DNA of 24,000 nucleotides from assembly GCF_000473995.1 (NCBI RefSeq), contig NC_022571.1, positions 2,301,416 through 2,325,415 on the forward strand. The letters are read 5' to 3'. This DNA comes from Clostridium saccharobutylicum DSM 13864 (lineage in GTDB: Bacteria; Bacillota; Clostridia; Clostridiales; Clostridiaceae). Numbering within the stretch: position 1 is the stretch's first letter; every line of letters begins with the position of its first letter. The notes below the pieces were generated by a model. It worked only from the letters and a program-made list of their open reading frames with translations. It was not told where the DNA came from and did no database searches. Both the position numbers and the translations under genes were made by a program. Positions 15,007 through 22,306 of the stretch are shown in pieces.

Positions 15007-16431
15007 ATGAATCAAAACGAGCTTTTAGAAGTTTACTTTGAAGAGACTTGTGAAAATTTAGATGAAGCAGAAAGATGTATGATAGGTTTGGAAAAGTCAT
15101 TTTGTATGGAAGAGCTCAACAGTCTTTTTAGGTGTATTCATACAATTAAAGGTAGCTCAGCAGCTGTAGACTTTAATGAAATTTCAAGCTTAGCGCATAA
15201 ATTAGAAGATATATTAAACCATGTGCGTGATGGGGATTTAGAGTTTAATTCAGATAATTCTAATCTTTGCATTAGTTCCATAGATAAGCTTTTGGAATTA
15301 TTTAATTTTCGTAGACAGTATAGAAATGATGATATTGATTATGACATAATAAAAAATACTTTAGATATTGAAGAACGTATGGATCAGCTAATAAGTAGTG
15401 TAAGTGAAGATACAGGAGATATAGAAGATAAACAACCGATTATTATAACAAATTCTCAAAAGGAAGATAATTATAATGAAAAGTTTTATCAGACATATTT
15501 CGTTCATATACTATTTGATGTTGAAGATATGATGCAATCAATAACAAGTTTTATGATTATTAATTCAATGAATGAAAATGGGAAGATATGCTATTCATAT
15601 CCAGAAGTTGATTTTATGATATCAATGCAAATTAATGAACCAGTTAGTCATTACGAATGTCTATTTAAAACAAATCTTGATAGTGAACAATTATTTAATA
15701 AATTAGATATTCCATTTATAAAAAAAATTAAGATTATTGATGTTACTAATGCAATCTCATCAAGAGAAGAATTAACAGATTATACTGAAAAGGTATGTAT
15801 TTTATTTGCTTTATTAAATAATTTTCTATCTATAGGAAAATACTATAACAATGTTTCTTTTAGTAAAAAAGCAAAGAAGGATATAAATAATTTATATGAA
15901 AACTGTGAAAAAATTTTAGAATCGAATGAGTTTAGCGAAGAGATAGTAATGCTAATTAAAGAATTGAAATCATTTCTAGATATACCAATATACATGATTG
16001 ATAACAACTCTTGCAAGGAGTTATTTAACAGTACAAATAGTTTATATGAATGCTTGATTTATAAAATATATAATACTTTTAAGAATAAAATAATTTTTAA
16101 ATACGTTGAACTTAAACTGGACAAGCAAAATATCGAAAGATTAGATAATATATCTAGTAAGCTTAATAAAAAAATATTTAAATATGTGCTTCTTGATGTA
16201 AGTGAAGTAGAAATACTTGAAAGTGATGAGATTAAGAAATTAATTAAAGTTAATAATTCATTGGAAGAAGAAGGTATTGAACTGGTTATTATAAATGGAG
16301 GAAAATATAAAAAGAGATTATACAATATATTTGAAGCCATAGGAGACTTTGATAATATTAGGCAGTGCAATAGTGAAATAAATGCAGTTTTACTTATAAA
16401 AAATAATAAAGAAAGGTATGAGGAATTATGA
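15007..16431 (+). CDS. Protein with a CheA-P1-like HPt domain at the N-terminus and a STAS-like domain at the C-terminus. The middle roughly 250 aa is unassigned.
   Basis: N-terminus: LNSLFRCIHTIKGSSAAVDFNEISSLAHKLEDILNHVRDGDL (His45, CAT 15139-15141). C-terminus: KYVLLDVSEVEILESDEIKKLIKVNNSLEEEGIELVIINGG...LYNIFEAIGDFDNI...SEINAVL, which follows the SpoIIAA/STAS layout. GGTAGGTGA RBS upstream. The stop overlaps the next gene. Confidence 0.6.
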   Translation: MNQNELLEVYFEETCENLDEAERCMIGLEKSFCMEELNSLFRCIHTIKGSSAAVDFNEISSLAHKLEDILNHVRDGDLEFNSDNSNLCISSIDKLLELFNFRRQYRNDDIDYDIIKNTLDIEERMDQLISSVSEDTGDIEDKQPIIITNSQKEDNYNEKFYQTYFVHILFDVEDMMQSITSFMIINSMNENGKICYSYPEVDFMISMQINEPVSHYECLFKTNLDSEQLFNKLDIPFIKKIKIIDVTNAISSREELTDYTEKVCILFALLNNFLSIGKYYNNVSFSKKAKKDINNLYENCEKILESNEFSEEIVMLIKELKSFLDIPIYMIDNNSCKELFNSTNSLYECLIYKIYNTFKNKIIFKYVELKLDKQNIERLDNISSKLNKKIFKYVLLDVSEVEILESDEIKKLIKVNNSLEEEGIELVIINGGKYKKRLYNIFEAIGDFDNIRQCNSEINAVLLIKNNKERYEEL

Positions 16432-16841
16432 AAAAGGAATATAAAATACTGATAATCGATGATGAAGAAGAGATTTTATTATCATTAAAAAAGAATCTTA
16501 TACTTGAAGGATATAATGTAGAGACATGCAATGATTCAGTAGAAGCACTGGAAATGATAAAAAACAATAAGTTTCATATTGTAATAACTGATATTGTAAT
16601 GCCTAATATGAATGGTATAGATCTTTTGAAAGCAGCTAAAGCTTATGATGCATTGACACAAGTAATAATGATGACTGGATATTCAACAATGGAAATAACA
16701 ATACAATCTTTAGAATTCGGAGCAAATGATTATATTCTTAAACCTTTTAAAAGTATTGAATATATTATTGAAATTATAGATTACTCTATACAGAAGTTAG
16801 AGAGATGGAGAGAGTCCATAAGGGGACTTGTATCAAAATAA
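16428..16841 (+). CDS. Stand-alone response regulator receiver with a short helical C-terminal tail
   Basis: KILIIDDEEEIL, HIVITDIVMPNMNGIDLL, VIMMTGYS and YILKPF. The ATG overlaps the upstream stop (ATGA). Confidence 0.88.
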   Translation: MKKEYKILIIDDEEEILLSLKKNLILEGYNVETCNDSVEALEMIKNNKFHIVITDIVMPNMNGIDLLKAAKAYDALTQVIMMTGYSTMEITIQSLEFGANDYILKPFKSIEYIIEIIDYSIQKLERWRESIRGLVSK

Positions 16842-16890
16842 AATTATAAGTAAATAAAAATCAATTGCAGGGCATAAAGGAGAAAAAAAT

Positions 16891-17118
16891 ATGACTCAGT
16901 TTGATGATGAAATATTATTAAAAGTATTAAAAACTAATGATACAGAAATGTACACATTAGCAGAAATTCATAAGATAATATTACAAAATGATATTAAATG
17001 CAGTATAGAAGAAATTAGAAAAAAAATTCATATTTTATTGTGCGATGGTTACTTGGGTTTTGAGTTAATAAGTGATGGAATTAAAATGTATTTCGTAATT
17101 TTTTCTCCTGAATATTAA
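16891..17118 (+). CDS. Hypothetical 75-aa protein
   Basis: AAGGAG RBS lies 8 nt upstream of the ATG, and it is co-directional with the operon. I recognise no motif in it. Confidence 0.45.
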   Translation: MTQFDDEILLKVLKTNDTEMYTLAEIHKIILQNDIKCSIEEIRKKIHILLCDGYLGFELISDGIKMYFVIFSPEY

Positions 17119-17318
17119 TTTAAGGCACATTCAAAAAAATAACAAGTCCATTTACCAGACTATTTTCCATCATACTGCATTGGTAAATTGACCTAATAGA
17201 TCCGCTATGAGGGCGATTTGCCTCTTTGGTTGATGAAAAATTATCTATGGTAACTTTGGACCTGTTATTTATTTTCATGTGCCTAAATAAGTATATTTTT
17301 ACAAGATAGGAGGTTAGT

Positions 17319-18083
17319 ATGATTAATGAACCTTTGAAATATGCAGTACTTAATAATAAAGGTGGTGTGGGAAAAAGTACAATTTCTGTACATATTGCAC
17401 ATGGACTTGCCCTTCTAGGGAATAAAGTATTGTTGATTGATATGGATGGACAAAATGATGCAAGTTTATTTCTTGGCATTTCTGATCAAGATTATAAAAA
17501 GACATTTTACGATTTGATTAACAAAAGAGAGGATGTTGAACTTTCAGAGTGCATAATTAATGTAAGGGATAATTTGGACTTACTCCCATCTAAGCACATA
17601 GACATTATAAATACAGAGTTTTATAGAGAATCAAGAATTGATTTAATACTAAAAGAAAAATTACAAGGCATAAATACCATGGAGTATAACTATCTTATTA
17701 TTGACTGTGGACCTCAACGAAGTAAAGTTAATGATGCAGTTTTATGCTTTGTTGATAACATAATAGTTCCAGTTCAGGTAGAATCAGCATCCGTTAGAGC
17801 TATTGGAAATATATATGAGTATCTATCTGACTTAAGATTGAATCCAGAGATGATAGAGTTAATAATACCTAATATGTATGATCAAAGAACAAGTGAATCT
17901 AGGGAGAACATGCAGCTGCTTAAAGAATTATTTTCAGAAAGTAATTTTTTGGCTGAACCAATCAATAGAAGAGTAAAGATTACAGAAGCAGGGAAATTAG
18001 GGAAAACCGTATATGAATATGATAAAGATTCTGCTAAACAGTTTTTTAAAATAGTTGAGAGGCTGGTAAGCACAAATGCCTAG
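17319..18083 (+). CDS. ParA/MinD-family (deviant Walker A) ATPase
   Basis: VLNNKGGVGKSTISVHIAHGLALLGNKVLLIDMDGQ (KGGxGKS with signature Lys), YNYLIIDCGP (Walker B-like). TAGGAGG RBS upstream. The 3' end overlaps the next gene by 8 nt. Confidence 0.88.
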   Translation: MINEPLKYAVLNNKGGVGKSTISVHIAHGLALLGNKVLLIDMDGQNDASLFLGISDQDYKKTFYDLINKREDVELSECIINVRDNLDLLPSKHIDIINTEFYRESRIDLILKEKLQGINTMEYNYLIIDCGPQRSKVNDAVLCFVDNIIVPVQVESASVRAIGNIYEYLSDLRLNPEMIELIIPNMYDQRTSESRENMQLLKELFSESNFLAEPINRRVKITEAGKLGKTVYEYDKDSAKQFFKIVERLVSTNA

Positions 18084-19881
18084 AAGTAAGGTAAATAAAG
18101 AGGTATTAAACAGTATTGATAAGATAAAACAGGAAATTAATAAAAAGAAACAAAAGGCTATAGAATCACATAATTCCAATGAATTTATACTTGAAAAAGA
18201 TAAGTTAAGTAATGATAATTTAGAGTTGTCCAATAATAAAAGTATTGATAAAGTCAATATTAATATTGGTGAAGGAAAAAAAGACATCAATAAAGCAATC
18301 AAAAGTACAAAGAAAGTACATAAAGCTGCCAATAAAGAAACTAAAAGTGCTAGTAAAAGAACTAAAAGTGTGGCAAAAAAGTGTGAAAGTGTAGATGAAA
18401 AAAATAAAAATAGTAGTGAAAATGCAGATAAAAGGCAAGGCGATGAAACCAAGTATGTAATTTTTGTGGTGAACAATGAAGAATATGCAATAGAATTAGT
18501 TAATGTAAAAGAGATAATTAGGATACCAAAAATTAAGAAAGTACCTAATTCTGTTTATGTTGAAGGAGTATTTAATTTAAGAGGGGAACTTGTTACTATA
18601 ATTGATATTCATAAGAGATATAACATATCTAAAAGTGAATATAAAGATAATAGCAGAGTCATAGTTATGGAATTTGGCGGCTGTATTGTAGGCATTATTG
18701 TTGATAAAGTTTTACAGGTGTTAGCTGTTCATAAATCATATATAAAATTAATATGTGAAAATACTGATGATACGAAGGAAGGCTATATTGATGGCATTAT
18801 AATGATTGAAAATGGAAAAAGATTAATTATGATTATGGATGCACAAAGTATCATAAATATAAATGGTCTTGGAAGTATTTTAGTCAATGCATATAAAAAA
18901 TCAAATGAAAAAGTATCAGCTTTTATTAAGGATATTGAAGAAAATGAGCAGCTAATAATTTTTAGTATAAATGATGTTGAGTATGCATTTCATATATCCG
19001 AAATAAAGGAAGTTATTAGAATTCCAAATGTTGTAAAGGTACCAAATTCTTCGGATTTTATAGAAGGTATTATTTCATTAAGAAATGAACTCATTGGAGT
19101 AGTAAACCTTGCTAAAATTATAAATATAGATAGTGAAAGTATCAGCAAAGACCGAAGCATACTCATAGTTAATACAGGAAATTTAATATATGGAGTAATT
19201 GTTGATAAAGTTTCAGAAGTAAAATTGGTTTCAAAAAAAGATTTATTAAAGCCATGGCAAGTTGTTGGAAATATTGATGTTAAAATAGTGAAAGAATTTG
19301 CTAATATGGATAATGGTAAAAGAGTAGTTACAATATTGGATCCATATAATATTTTAAATCTTGAGGAAATACAATGGAATTTTAAGGTTAATGAAATCAC
19401 TGAAATTGTTTCAAATAATTATAATAAATCTACATTAGATTTAAAAAAAATAATAAAAAGTATTGTGATTTTTAAAATAGAAAATGAAGAATATGGAATT
19501 AGTATTGATTTTGTTCAAGAAATTAATACAATTAATAAAATTACAAGCTTCCCTAATAGACAAAATGCTGTTGAAGGATTAATAAATTTAAGAGGAGATA
19601 TGATTCCATTAATTAATTTACGAACATTGTTTGGTTTAGAAATTCAGAGTAAAGATTCTTATTTCAAAACTTTAATTGTAAAAATAAATAATAAGAAAGT
19701 AGGAATTCGCATTGATTCAGCATCAGAAGTTCTAAACCTTTCAGAGGATATATTTCAAGATTATTTTGAAGATTTAAATGCAGATAATAATAGAAGATAT
19801 GTAGAGGGAATTATAAAGCCGAATGATGGTAAACGAATTATTCTTTATCTTAACATAAATGAAATTTTAGATTTTATATAA
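18076..19881 (+). CDS. Protein with a roughly 125-aa Lys-rich N-terminal tail followed by three CheW domains
   Basis: Tail: MPRSKVNKEVLNSIDKIKQEINKKKQKAIE...KSTKKVHKAANKETKSASKRTKSVAKK. CheW cores: YVIFVVNNEEYAIELVNVKEIIRI...VEGVFNLRGELVTIID; LIIFSINDVEYAFHISEIKEVIRI...IEGIISLRNELIGVVN; IVIFKIENEEYGISIDFVQEINTI...VEGLINLRGDMIPLIN. Confidence 0.85.
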   Translation: MPRSKVNKEVLNSIDKIKQEINKKKQKAIESHNSNEFILEKDKLSNDNLELSNNKSIDKVNINIGEGKKDINKAIKSTKKVHKAANKETKSASKRTKSVAKKCESVDEKNKNSSENADKRQGDETKYVIFVVNNEEYAIELVNVKEIIRIPKIKKVPNSVYVEGVFNLRGELVTIIDIHKRYNISKSEYKDNSRVIVMEFGGCIVGIIVDKVLQVLAVHKSYIKLICENTDDTKEGYIDGIIMIENGKRLIMIMDAQSIININGLGSILVNAYKKSNEKVSAFIKDIEENEQLIIFSINDVEYAFHISEIKEVIRIPNVVKVPNSSDFIEGIISLRNELIGVVNLAKIINIDSESISKDRSILIVNTGNLIYGVIVDKVSEVKLVSKKDLLKPWQVVGNIDVKIVKEFANMDNGKRVVTILDPYNILNLEEIQWNFKVNEITEIVSNNYNKSTLDLKKIIKSIVIFKIENEEYGISIDFVQEINTINKITSFPNRQNAVEGLINLRGDMIPLINLRTLFGLEIQSKDSYFKTLIVKINNKKVGIRIDSASEVLNLSEDIFQDYFEDLNADNNRRYVEGIIKPNDGKRIILYLNINEILDFI

Positions 19882-19940
19882 AATTCTATTCATTTGGTGA
19901 AAATTAATTTAAATATAATCAAAGAAAATAGTATGATAAT

Positions 19941-20087
19941 TAGGGCGTGTCTGAGAACTATTTATTACTATATAAATAGTCAAATTAATGTGATTTACTA
20001 ATAGAAAACAACCATTAATTAGAGTATGAATCTCTTGTTTTCTGGTTCTTTCTTAATTTTATTTGTTAAGTTTTTAGACACGTCCTA
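19941..20087 (+). promoter_or_regulatory. Candidate structured 5' leader RNA upstream of the third cheY (closing stem plus two internal hairpins)
   Basis: GGGCGTGTCTGA (19943-19954) pairs with TTAGACACGTCC (20074-20085), extendable to about 17 bp. Two of the 12 core pairs (a third in the extension) are G-U on the plus-strand transcript and would be A-C mismatches on the minus strand. Internal hairpins: ACTATTTAT/ATAAATAGT (19957-19965/19972-19980) and AGAAAACAA/TTGTTTTCT (20003-20011/20035-20043). A TATAAT hexamer at 19914-19919 is a possible -10, but its -35 is weak. Confidence 0.35.
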
Positions 20088-20128
20088 GTTTAAAATTAAA
20101 AAAAATTTTTATACGAGGAGAAAATTAA

Positions 20129-20482
20129 ATGAAAAAAGTTTTGATTGTTGATGATGCAGTTTATATGAGACTTTCTTTAAGGGACATATTAGAAAGAAAT
20201 GGATTTGAAGTTATAGGGGATGCGGTAAATGGAATAGATGCTATTAATAAATATAAAATGTTAATCCCAGACATTGTAACTATGGATATAACAATGCCAG
20301 AAATGGATGGAGTTAAAGCATTACAGGAAATAAAAAAGTTAGATCCAAATGCTAAGGTAGTAATAATATCTGCAATGGGTCAAGAATCTATTGTTAGAGA
20401 AGCAATAATGAATGGTGCTAAAGGATTTATAATAAAACCTTTTAAAGAAGAAAAAGTTATTCAGTCATTAAGTAAGATATAG
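20129..20482 (+). CDS. cheY: CheY response regulator
   Basis: KVLIVDDAVYMR, PDIVTMDITMPEMDGVKA, VVIISAMG and FIIKPF. GAGGAG RBS upstream. Confidence 0.9.
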   Translation: MKKVLIVDDAVYMRLSLRDILERNGFEVIGDAVNGIDAINKYKMLIPDIVTMDITMPEMDGVKALQEIKKLDPNAKVVIISAMGQESIVREAIMNGAKGFIIKPFKEEKVIQSLSKI

Positions 20483-20514
20483 CATTAATTGATGATGTTA
20501 AACTAAGTATTTAC

Positions 20515-20558
20515 TTTTCCAATCTTATAAGTAATAACTTACTTATAAGATTGGAAAA
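20515..20558 (+). terminator. Perfect 20-bp-stem hairpin 33 nt after the cheY stop (likely end of the locus, atypical terminator)
   Basis: TTTTCCAATCTTATAAGTAA (20515-20534) is the exact reverse complement of TTACTTATAAGATTGGAAAA (20539-20558), with a 4-nt loop. No T-run follows the stem on either strand, so it is not a canonical intrinsic terminator. Confidence 0.45.
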
Positions 20559-20714
20559 CCGTTGTAATTCATTGATTTTTATAAAAAATATCTCCTAATA
20601 AGCTTATATTGAGGTGTAGGAATAATTTTATATTTTCAATGAAAAAACTTTATGAAGATGATACTTTTATTGTACGCGTCAAAGAATCGACGCGTAGCGG
20701 GAGTATAATTTAAG

Positions 20715-20757
20715 TGATAAAATAAACCCAACAGAAAAATTCATATTCTCTGTTGGG
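20715..20757 (-). terminator. Hairpin with trailing T-run on the minus strand
   Basis: CCCAACAGA (20727-20735) pairs with TCTGTTGGG (20749-20757). On the minus strand the stem is followed by TTTATTTTATC. No minus-strand gene to be terminated is obvious apart from read-out from the IS region. Confidence 0.35.
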
Positions 20758-20784
20758 TACAATTTTATATAGAAATAATTATTT

Positions 20785-20792
20785 GGTAGTAA
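20785..20792. repeat. Left copy of the 8-bp target-site duplication of the IS256-family element
   Basis: GGTAGTAA lies immediately outside the left IR and is identical to 22299-22306. Confidence 0.7.
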
Positions 20793-22298
20793 GGGGATGT
20801 AGCTAGATTTGTGTAAAACAAATCTACTACATTCTTTTTTTGTATTGTTTGATGGTAGATTTGGAATAATATACTTGAAAATAATAAGGGAGGATTCCAA
20901 ATGAAAGTACCAGATATTAATTATCAAGAAGAAATTAAAAAGTGTAAAAGCATGGATGATGTTGTAGGTAAGAATGGATTGATGCAAAAGCTATTAAAAG
21001 ATGTTATGCAACAATTGCTTGAAGCGGAAATGGATGAACATTTAGGCAGAGAGAAGTATGAAAGAGCCGATAACGAAAGTGAAAAGAATTATCGAAATGG
21101 TTATTCTAAAAAAGATGTTAGAAGTAGTTACGGGGAGGTACCTTTAGATATTCCACGAGACAGAAAATCAGAGTTTGAGCCAAGAGCAATTCGAAAGTAT
21201 GAAACAGAATGTAGTGAACTGGATAAAAAAATAATTGGTTTGTATGCACGTGGAATGTCTACAAGAGATATTCAATCCGAACTCGAAGAGCTCTATGGTA
21301 TAGATGTCTCTCCATCAATGATATCGAAAATAACAGATAAAGTGATGGACGCAGCAGCAGAATGGCAAAACAGAATGTTAGACCCAGTATATCCTATAGT
21401 ATATATGGATGCGGTTCATTTTAAGGTAAGAGATGAACATAGAATTGTTTCTAAAGCAGCATATATTTGTATGGGAGTTGATATGAATGGCTATAAAGAT
21501 ATTTTAGGAATTTGGATAGGCGAAGCTGAAGGTGCAAAATTTTGGTTAAGTGTATGCAATGATTTAAATAATCGTGGCGTTAAAGACATCTTAATTGCAT
21601 GTATGGATGGATTAAGAGGCTTACCAGACGCAATTAGAGCTGTTTTTCCAAAGGTATGTATTCAAAATTGTATAATACATCAAATAAGAAATTCGATAAA
21701 ATATGTCTCTTATAAAAACAGAAAAGAATTTATGAAAGATTTGAAGCTTGTTTATAAAGCAGATACAGAGGAAATTGCGCTAGCGCAGCTCGATGAGTTG
21801 AAGAAAAAATGGGATAATCTTTATGATTCTGTAGTGGATTCATGGTATGAAAACTGGGATAAATTATCTACATATTTTTCTTATACTAAAGAAATTAGAA
21901 AGATGATTTATACTACCAATACACTTGAAGGTTTTAATAGGCAACTAAGAAAATTCACTAAGATTAGAACTGTATTTCCAACTGATGATTCATTACGAAA
22001 GTCATTGTATTTAGCAACAGATCAAGTTATGAAAAAATGGACTTCACCACTTCCAAACTGGGGTGTTACACTTTTAAAATTTGAAATAATGTTTAAAGAA
22101 AGAATCAACGAAGCGTTAGCTGTATAGTTTGTCCATTTTATGAAATTATGCATATATTATCTTTTTTGGCACAAACTAAAAATATAATAATATCCAGTTT
22201 TAGTATTTCAAAAGAAAGATAAAAATATAACTGGAAATAAAATTTCCAGTTATATAACATATCAAATATTCAATTTACACAAGTTATTCTACATTCTC
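20793..22298 (+). mobile_element. IS256-family insertion sequence, apparently intact (1506 bp)
   Basis: It has a single transposase ORF. The imperfect terminal inverted repeats are GGGGATGTAGCTAGATTTGTGTAAAA (20793-20818) and the reverse complement of 22273-22298 (GAGAATGTAGAATAACTTGTGTAAAT), matching at 18 of 26 positions. It is flanked by an identical 8-bp direct repeat, GGTAGTAA. Confidence 0.85.
20901..22127 (+). CDS. IS256-family (Mutator-type) transposase
   Basis: 408 aa. LLEAEMDEHLGREKYER...NYRNGYSKK...IIGLYARGMSTRDI...YPIVYMDAVHFKVR...LIACMDGLRGLP...IQNCIIHQIRNS...YTTNTLEGFNRQLRK are family-typical blocks. GGGAGG RBS upstream. Confidence 0.93.
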   Translation: MKVPDINYQEEIKKCKSMDDVVGKNGLMQKLLKDVMQQLLEAEMDEHLGREKYERADNESEKNYRNGYSKKDVRSSYGEVPLDIPRDRKSEFEPRAIRKYETECSELDKKIIGLYARGMSTRDIQSELEELYGIDVSPSMISKITDKVMDAAAEWQNRMLDPVYPIVYMDAVHFKVRDEHRIVSKAAYICMGVDMNGYKDILGIWIGEAEGAKFWLSVCNDLNNRGVKDILIACMDGLRGLPDAIRAVFPKVCIQNCIIHQIRNSIKYVSYKNRKEFMKDLKLVYKADTEEIALAQLDELKKKWDNLYDSVVDSWYENWDKLSTYFSYTKEIRKMIYTTNTLEGFNRQLRKFTKIRTVFPTDDSLRKSLYLATDQVMKKWTSPLPNWGVTLLKFEIMFKERINEALAV

Positions 22299-22306
22299 GG
22301 TAGTAA
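22299..22306. repeat. Right copy of the 8-bp target-site duplication of the IS256-family element
   Basis: GGTAGTAA lies immediately outside the right IR. IS256-family elements are known to make 8-9 bp duplications. Confidence 0.7.

Noticed and set aside
17124-17290. 8-bp inverted repeat AGGCACAT/ATGTGCCT flanking about 150 bp of the intergenic region before parA, and a weak GAGGGC...GCCTC hairpin followed by TTTGG
   Set aside because: The stems are too short or imperfect to distinguish from chance, and no convincing terminator or promoter could be defined.
17120-17479. 119-aa minus-strand ORF spanning the 16891-17319 intergenic region and the parA start
   Set aside because: It overlaps the well-supported ParA Walker A region in antisense. 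It has no RBS and no motif, and the translation looks like random AT-rich sequence.
18334-18375. Possible tandem-repeat locus in the Lys-rich tail region
   Set aside because: There are only two imperfect 21-bp units (14 of 21 identical) inside a coding low-complexity segment. It is mentioned under the ParA/CheW3 finding but does not qualify as a repeat array or CRISPR.
17997-18476. 159-aa and 72-aa minus-strand ORFs (17997-18476, 18220-18438) with Leu/Phe-rich, membrane-like sequence
   Set aside because: They are the reverse complement of the Lys-rich (AAA/AAG) tail of the CheW3 gene, so the hydrophobic appearance is a compositional artefact.
19941-20087. c-di-GMP (GEMM) or another known riboswitch upstream of cheY
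   Set aside because: I could not find the conserved GEMM-I/II core sequences or any other riboswitch consensus I know. It is kept only as an unclassified structured leader.
20672-20695. GTACGCGTCAAAG, which resembles the IS66 terminal repeat GTAAGCGTCAAAA (11 of 13), as a possible solo IS66 end. It also forms a small hairpin, ACGCGTC/GACGCGT.
   Set aside because: The similarity does not extend beyond 13 nt and no partner end or IS66 coding remnant is adjacent. It could be chance, so it was not annotated.
20638-20712. 24-codon ORF (MKKLYEDDTFIVRVKESTRSGSII) after the cheY terminator
   Set aside because: The nearest purine-rich RBS-like sequence is about 20 nt away. The ORF is very short, and conservation cannot be assessed here.
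20679-20987. 102-aa minus-strand ORF across the left end of the IS256-family element
   Set aside because: It crosses the IS boundary and overlaps the transposase start in antisense, so it is implausible as a gene.
22230-22250. Hairpin ACTGGAAA/TTTCCAGT downstream of the IS256 transposase stop
   Set aside because: It lies inside the IS between the transposase stop and the right IR. It is probably the element's own terminator or an IR-proximal structure, not a host feature.
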